Source: Candidatus Eiseniibacteriota bacterium | GTDB taxonomy: Bacteria; Eisenbacteria; RBG-16-71-46 | Direction: 5' to 3' | NCBI GenBank assembly: GCA_963744995.1 | Contig: CAVUWA010000001.1 | Span: 64,001-128,000, forward strand | Length of the DNA: 64,000 nt | In this document: piece by piece, positions 58,557 through 64,000 of the stretch | Layout of the letters: the number at the start of each line of letters is the position of its first letter | Position numbering within the stretch: the first letter of the stretch is position 1 | Translations under genes and position numbers: made by a program | Notes under the pieces: generated by a model | What the model was told of the DNA's origin: nothing | What the model saw: the letters and a program-made list of their open reading frames with translations, nothing else | The model's database searches: none

Positions 58557-59486
58557 TCAGCGGCTGCCGGCGGCGGCGAGCGGACTCTCGTACACCAGCC
58601 AGGCGGCGACGCCCGCCACCTGGGCGAGGCTGTTCGCCGACACCTTGTCGGGCGTGTCGCCCGTGGTGTGCCAGGCGGCGTAGTCGAAGTCGATCACGTC
58701 CACACACGGCACGCCGGCTTCGAGGATCGGGATGTGATCGTCCATCACCGCATACTTGGGCTCGTCGTGAAAGCCGGTGGCGCCGGTGGCGTGCGCCGCC
58801 TGCACCACCAGCGCGGCGATGTTGCTCGCGCGGCGTGACGAGGTCATCTCGGGATGGATGTCGAGGTCGGCATCCCCGACCATGTCGAAGACGAAACCGG
58901 CGATGGGCGCGGTGCCGTCTTCGAGCCGCGCGGCGAGCGAGCGGGCGTAGGCCTGCGCACCGCGGCACCAGTCGTCGTTGCGCGTCGGGGTGCCCTGATC
59001 CTCGGCGTCGAGGAACACCAGTTCGACCTGCCTTCCCGGCGCCTTCTCGTGCATCAGCTCCGCGACCTCGAGCAGCACGGCGACGCCGGAGGCGCCGTCG
59101 TTGGCCCCCGGCACCGGCGCGTCGGGATGCACCGGGTCGCGGTCGGCATGGCGACGCGTGTCGTAGTGCGCCGCGAGCAGGATCGGTCGCCCGCTGCGCG
59201 GGCCGTAGCGCGCGATCACGTTGGTCGCGGTCATGGGCTCGCCGCCCACCGTGTCTTCGAAGGCCTGCGTCTCGACGCGCGCGCCGAGCCGGCCGAGTTC
59301 GGCGAGCAGCCACTCGCGGAAGCGCCGATGCCCCTCGCTGCCCGGAATGCGCGGGCCCATGTTCACCTGCTCGACGACGCGTTCGTGCGCGCGCGCACCG
59401 TCCACCTCGGGGCGCGATGTGCAGCCGGCGGCGGGGCCCGCCAGCACCAGCGCCAGCGCCACGCACAGCATCGGGCGCGCGCCCAT
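58557..59486 (-). CDS. M28 family zinc-dependent lipoprotein, glutaminyl-peptide cyclotransferase-like
   Basis: Signal peptide ending AAG-C, MGPRIPGS, AHYDTR..AD.DP, GANDGASGVAVLLE, DAEDQG, WCRG, DMVGD, DDHIP, WHTTGDT. ATG 59486 overlaps the sprA stop (TGATG). Confidence 0.85.
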   Translation of the reverse strand: MGARPMLCVALALVLAGPAAGCTSRPEVDGARAHERVVEQVNMGPRIPGSEGHRRFREWLLAELGRLGARVETQAFEDTVGGEPMTATNVIARYGPRSGRPILLAAHYDTRRHADRDPVHPDAPVPGANDGASGVAVLLEVAELMHEKAPGRQVELVFLDAEDQGTPTRNDDWCRGAQAYARSLAARLEDGTAPIAGFVFDMVGDADLDIHPEMTSSRRASNIAALVVQAAHATGATGFHDEPKYAVMDDHIPILEAGVPCVDVIDFDYAAWHTTGDTPDKVSANSLAQVAGVAAWLVYESPLAAAGSR

Positions 59487-62400
59487 CAGAACGTGAGCGA
59501 CGCGCGCATCTCGACGCGCACGTTGCGGCGGACGATCTTGCGCTGCAGGTCGCGCGTCTGTCCGAAGCCGATGGTCACGCCACCATTGACGTTCTGACTG
59601 AACCCATAGGATCCGTTCGCATTCACCGACAGGCGATCCTCCTCGATCACGAGCTGCGGCCTCGCCAGACTCTCCTGGATGGTCTCGCCGCTGCGGCGCG
59701 AGTATACGGCGGACAGGCCCAGGGTCACGGTCTGGCGGATCGTCGTCTCGCGCCCGAGCACGGTGACCTTCTGTCCCTTGCTGTAGGTGCGGTTGAGATT
59801 GAGGTTGACGTCCGTGTTGCGGTCGGTGGTCACCGAGCGGCCGTTCTGCAGGTTCTCGCGTTCGGTCACGCGGCGCTCGACCTTGAGCTCGGCGCGGGTG
59901 CCGTTCTTGAGTTCGCCGTTCACGCTGAGCAGCGGCTGCCACTGGCTGCTGGTGGAAATCCCGGTCGGATCGGCCGAGTTCACGTAGTCCGTACTGCGCG
60001 ATCGGTTGTAGGACGTGCGAAGCCGCGGATTGTTGAGGAAGCGGTCGAGGCCGATCACCCGTGCGATGTTGCCGTACTGCACGTCGATGTCGGGGAAGCG
60101 CGACGACGTCGTGCGCCGCGTCACGCCGTTGGCGTCCGACTCGCGCGACGTGAGCTCGAACCGCGACGAGAGCACCGAGCCCGCCGGCAGCTTCATGCTG
60201 CCGCGCGCCGAGGTCCGCCAGTTCGACGCGGTCAGCGCCTGATTGCCGAGCGTCGCCTGCACGCGGCCGGTGCCGTCGGCGTTCAGGCCCGGATCGCTGC
60301 TGAGGCCGGTGAGGTACAGAAACTGCGGCGTGCCGGTCAGGCGGCTGTAGGCGCTGTTCTGCGAGTAGCTCGCGTCGGTCGAGAGCGCCCCCAGGCGGCC
60401 GAGCAACTGCCGCCAGATCGAGGGTCCGCCGCCGCCGCTGCTGTCGGCGGGGGTCGGGCGCGGCGCACGCGCCAGCTGGTCCAGCGGCAGCGTCCAGTTC
60501 GCGGTGTAGCTCTGGTTGTTGTTGACGGCGCGCACGCCGAGATCCTCGGACAGCTCGGGGCCGTTGTTCTGCACGTAGTTCGAGTTCCAGCTGAGCGCGG
60601 GCTGCAGCCATGGCCCGCCGCGCAGCTGGTAGTGCGAGTTGAAGCTCTGCCGCCAGTTCACCACGCGGCCGAGATTGATGAACCCGACCCGCTCGAGCAG
60701 ATCGTCGCGCAGGGTCAGGTTGCGGGTGCCCTGAATCTGGTGCGAGAGCAGATCGAATGGCCGGCTGGTCATGCCGAAGGAGATCGTCGCCTGGCGGCCG
60801 TCCACCCGGCTGCGCTCGCGCAGCGTGCCGGTCGAATCCTGCAGCCGGTCGTAGATCACGCGGTGGCTGGTGTTCACCGAGTAGTTCCAGAACGCGTTGT
60901 CCGGCAGCGGGAAGAGGTTGATGCGCGTGCCCGGCACGTGGAACGTGAGCAGTTTGCGCAGCGACACGTTGTACGTGACCTGTCCGGCGAAGCTGGTGCC
61001 GCTGCCCACCGAGGTCGGGTTGCTGTCCTTGTTCTCGGTGCGCGTCGCCGATGCGCTGATGCCGCCGATCGTGTAGCGCAGGAACGGATTCGAGCGGTCG
61101 CTCCAGCTGCGCGAGTAGTTGGTCGACCAGGTCCGGGTCTCGCTCTGCGAGCGTGAGGCCGCCGCCGCCGCTCCGGTGCGGACCACGTCATCGCCCGCGG
61201 TGAAGCGTGGCGTGGTGGTGTTGCGGTTGAACTGGTAGCGCACCGGCAGAATGATGCCGGTGCCTTCGAAGAACCGGTGCAGGTCGAGCGAACTCCCGAA
61301 GGAGAGCTGGTCGTTGCTGCTGCCGGCGCCGACGCTCTGGCCGACGGTGATGAAGTTCGCATCGCGGCCGTTCCAGTTGACGTTGTAATTCAGCAGATTG
61401 GCGAAACGGCCATTGACGGAGACGCGCTGTGCGTGCCCGGAAGACTTGTCCACGTCGATCGCGCGCAGCTCGTTGAACCACAGTTGCCCGCTGTCGAAGA
61501 CCCGCGACGGGTCGCGGTGCCCGTTGATGATCCCGAACGACACGCGGCGCAGACGCGTGAACGAGGGCCGCCCTTTCACCGTGTAGACCTCTCCCGGATT
61601 CCGGCCCGGCGCCTGATAGAAGATCGTCTGCGTCTTCGGGAAGTCGGGCTCGAGCTTCAGGTTCGACAGGTCGGTGAGCGCCAGGTCCACGCGCCGCCAC
61701 TGGATCGCCAGAGGAAGCGACGACGGCGGCAGCGGGGCACGGTACTCGTAGTAGTTGTTGCCGATGTCGTCGGAGGCGAAGCGGATGTAGTACTGCAGCG
61801 AGTCCACGTTCGCGTCGTAGCCCTGCACCCGGAACGCGGCGGCGTACCAGCTGAGCTTCCCGTAGCGCGTGTAGTCCTCGTCCACGGAAAAGTTCTTGAA
61901 TGCCTCCAGCGTGTCGCTCGCACCGAGGCGCGTGAACTCGAGCGAGATGCTCTGCTCGCGCCGGCTCAGCTCCTGGCTGCCGCTGCGCGTCTCGCCCGGG
62001 TCGAATGGCGGCGTGTAGATCTCCGCGTTGTCGATCGTGTTCACGGCATTGAGCGTCGCCGTGGTGCCGTTCACGATCAGCGAGCTGTCGAAGTCGGAGA
62101 GCTGCCAGCGGCTGCCGACGATGTCGAGGCCGCCGATCAGCAGCGGCGGACGCTGGACCGGGCCGTCGCTGGTCTGGACCGGGTCGGGGTCCGGGTCGAT
62201 GAGCCCCGATACCCAGATCCGCGCATGCTGCGTGAGCACGAGGTTGGGGTTGCCGAACTTCACGACGAGCGAGTCGGCGATCGGAATCCGGTAGCGTCGC
62301 CAGCCGTTGTCCACCGACTGCCCCGGAAAGTCGCGGTAGACGTCCGTCAGCAGCCAGGGATGATTCTCGTCGCCCAGGTCGATCGTGTACTCGTAGTAGT

Positions 62401-64000
62401 CCTCCTGGGTATCGAGGTTGGTGTTGAGATTCAGATCTTCCGTATCCGGAATCGGGCGCAGCGTCTTGTTGCCTTCCGTGCCGTTCGTGCGCACCCAGCG
62501 GCGCGGGTCGATGTCCTTGTAGCTGTCGTTGACCGGGTTCTTCTGCGGGTAGTCGTCGCCCGAGGGGTCGGTCGCCGTGGCGGTGACGAGATCGAGTGGC
62601 GTGACGACGCTGTCGGCCTCGCTTCCCTTCTGATCCCCCTTCGGCTGGTCGTGCAGGCCGTCGAGCCCCGTGTCCTCGTCGAACTCGTCGGTCACCGTGA
62701 GCTGGTTGTCCTGATTCTGGTCTTCCCTGTCGAGCAGCCCGTTGGGCGGCAGGTCCGGCGCCCGCATCTGATCCTCGCTGACCGTGCCGATGTCGATGTG
62801 GAGCTGCACGTGGTGGCCGCGGATGAGGGGCTTGAGCACGCCGCTGTGGTAGTCGCGAAAGTCGTCCACCCAGAGATCGATGTACTGCGCGCGGCTGAGG
62901 TCGTAGCCATACGGATCGATCAGGTAGGTGATGCCGGCCCACAGCGAGTCCGACGCCGGCTTCGTCACCGGCCGCCGCGGCACCGACAGAGCCAGGGTCT
63001 GCCGCGGATTCTGCCGGCCCTGTGCGTCGGTGAGGTTCGGCTTGAGGTCGCCCTCCTTGATGGTCGAGTTCGGCGTGTACCAGTGCAGTTCCGCCTTCGA
63101 CCACGACGGCAGGCTGGTGTAGAGCGTGTTGATGCCGCCCACCTTGCGCGATGGCACGCTCGAGAGCCACCAGTGCTCGGCGTTGAGCTGCAGCGAAACG
63201 GCGTCGCGCACGCCCTCCATGTCGTCCACGTAGACCTCGTTGCGCGTGTTCGGGTTCGGGAACGAGGCGCCGACCTCGGCCTGCACGTTCAACTCCGAGG
63301 GCGTGGTGGTGCGCACGCCCGGCAGCCTGTCGACCATGCGCGTCACCCAGTCGGGCCGCAGCGTGAACGCGGTGTTGAGATCGCCGATCAGGCTGCGCGA
63401 GGGCTCTTCGCCGATGCGCGGGCGCAGATCCTGCGCCCCCTTGCTCTCGTACATGAACGCTCCGCCCAGCGATTTGTCGCGGCCCTGCCAGCTGAACGCG
63501 CTGCCGAGCAGCGTGCGTCCCGCCGACTGGAACAGCGGCGCGTACGAGTAGTCCACGTTCAGGTTGTCCGCCGGGCCGAGCTGGCGCTTGAGCGTCACGC
63601 GGCCGAGGTCGTAGTCGATGTCGTAGTCCTGGCCGCGGGCCAGCGCCTGGCCGTTGATGGTGACGACGTCCGAGCCCTCGAGGATGTTGCCGCGCCCGAG
63701 TGTGATCGTCCCCGAGGCCCGCGCCGCGGTGAATTCGATGTCCATGTAGTACACGGCATCGAGCTTCCGCTGGATGTTGTACTTGTCGTAGACGTTCGGA
63801 TTCGGCGCCGTCTCCGAGCCCGCGGGACCGGTGAGCGTCTCGCGCCGCGACACCGTGCCCGACAGCACCTGCTCGAACGGGGTTCCGCCCGCCCCGATGC
63901 GCGGGGCGAATGGACGCAGGTCCGGGAAGAACAAAGTGCCGTTGGCGAAGTCCACCAGTGCCCGCACCGTACCGCCGAACTGGTCGGCCGTGGCGGCGGC
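59486..64000 (-). CDS. sprA: SprA-like large outer-membrane beta-barrel (type IX secretion translocon homologue); 5' end lies beyond the window
   Basis: The frame is open to position 64000. Motifs GSDVVTING..LARGQDYDIDYDLGRV, RPRIGEEP, VYVDDMEG, DTEDLN, WRRYRIPI, NYYEYRAPL, GRPSF and LWFNELR; long amphipathic beta-strand region ending in C-terminal Phe. Confidence 0.8.
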   Translation of the reverse strand, partial: AAATADQFGGTVRALVDFANGTLFFPDLRPFAPRIGAGGTPFEQVLSGTVSRRETLTGPAGSETAPNPNVYDKYNIQRKLDAVYYMDIEFTAARASGTITLGRGNILEGSDVVTINGQALARGQDYDIDYDLGRVTLKRQLGPADNLNVDYSYAPLFQSAGRTLLGSAFSWQGRDKSLGGAFMYESKGAQDLRPRIGEEPSRSLIGDLNTAFTLRPDWVTRMVDRLPGVRTTTPSELNVQAEVGASFPNPNTRNEVYVDDMEGVRDAVSLQLNAEHWWLSSVPSRKVGGINTLYTSLPSWSKAELHWYTPNSTIKEGDLKPNLTDAQGRQNPRQTLALSVPRRPVTKPASDSLWAGITYLIDPYGYDLSRAQYIDLWVDDFRDYHSGVLKPLIRGHHVQLHIDIGTVSEDQMRAPDLPPNGLLDREDQNQDNQLTVTDEFDEDTGLDGLHDQPKGDQKGSEADSVVTPLDLVTATATDPSGDDYPQKNPVNDSYKDIDPRRWVRTNGTEGNKTLRPIPDTEDLNLNTNLDTQEDYYEYTIDLGDENHPWLLTDVYRDFPGQSVDNGWRRYRIPIADSLVVKFGNPNLVLTQHARIWVSGLIDPDPDPVQTSDGPVQRPPLLIGGLDIVGSRWQLSDFDSSLIVNGTTATLNAVNTIDNAEIYTPPFDPGETRSGSQELSRREQSISLEFTRLGASDTLEAFKNFSVDEDYTRYGKLSWYAAAFRVQGYDANVDSLQYYIRFASDDIGNNYYEYRAPLPPSSLPLAIQWRRVDLALTDLSNLKLEPDFPKTQTIFYQAPGRNPGEVYTVKGRPSFTRLRRVSFGIINGHRDPSRVFDSGQLWFNELRAIDVDKSSGHAQRVSVNGRFANLLNYNVNWNGRDANFITVGQSVGAGSSNDQLSFGSSLDLHRFFEGTGIILPVRYQFNRNTTTPRFTAGDDVVRTGAAAAASRSQSETRTWSTNYSRSWSDRSNPFLRYTIGGISASATRTENKDSNPTSVGSGTSFAGQVTYNVSLRKLLTFHVPGTRINLFPLPDNAFWNYSVNTSHRVIYDRLQDSTGTLRERSRVDGRQATISFGMTSRPFDLLSHQIQGTRNLTLRDDLLERVGFINLGRVVNWRQSFNSHYQLRGGPWLQPALSWNSNYVQNNGPELSEDLGVRAVNNNQSYTANWTLPLDQLARAPRPTPADSSGGGGPSIWRQLLGRLGALSTDASYSQNSAYSRLTGTPQFLYLTGLSSDPGLNADGTGRVQATLGNQALTASNWRTSARGSMKLPAGSVLSSRFELTSRESDANGVTRRTTSSRFPDIDVQYGNIARVIGLDRFLNNPRLRTSYNRSRSTDYVNSADPTGISTSSQWQPLLSVNGELKNGTRAELKVERRVTERENLQNGRSVTTDRNTDVNLNLNRTYSKGQKVTVLGRETTIRQTVTLGLSAVYSRRSGETIQESLARPQLVIEEDRLSVNANGSYGFSQNVNGGVTIGFGQTRDLQRKIVRRNVRVEMRASLTF

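Overview
This is a very GC-rich bacterial chromosomal segment, probably from a diderm of the FCB group such as Ca. Eisenbacteria. That placement is inferred from the SprA homologue and gene context only. Positions ~1-43.8 kb form one large, mosaic surface-glycan locus. It encodes a Wza/Wzz/Wzc-type export module, three Wzx-type flippases, one Wzy/O-antigen-ligase-type protein, a priming sugar transferase and about 12 GT2/GT4 glycosyltransferases. It also encodes three GT-C-type membrane glycosyltransferases, nucleotide-sugar enzymes, and candidate tailoring enzymes (SAM methyltransferase, membrane sulfatase-fold transferase, CapK/PaaK-like ligase, DUF362). Positions ~43.9-64 kb are mostly housekeeping: two uncharacterised genes, an aminotransferase, an M16 peptidase, pnp, rpsO, and the rimP-nusA-infB-DUF503-rbfA-truB-ribF operon. 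The window ends with a T9SS-translocon-like sprA gene (truncated by the window end) whose stop overlaps the start of a glutaminyl-cyclase-like M28 lipoprotein. The most notable observations are the sprA-glutaminyl cyclase coupling (with a possible Q-rule substrate in the window), two long structured leaders ahead of glycan operons, a degenerate BY-kinase, an STT3-like GT-C protein without WWDYG, and a candidate S15 autoregulatory leader. I saw no rRNA, tRNA, CRISPR array or transposase. All calls come from motif recognition by eye; no database searches were run.
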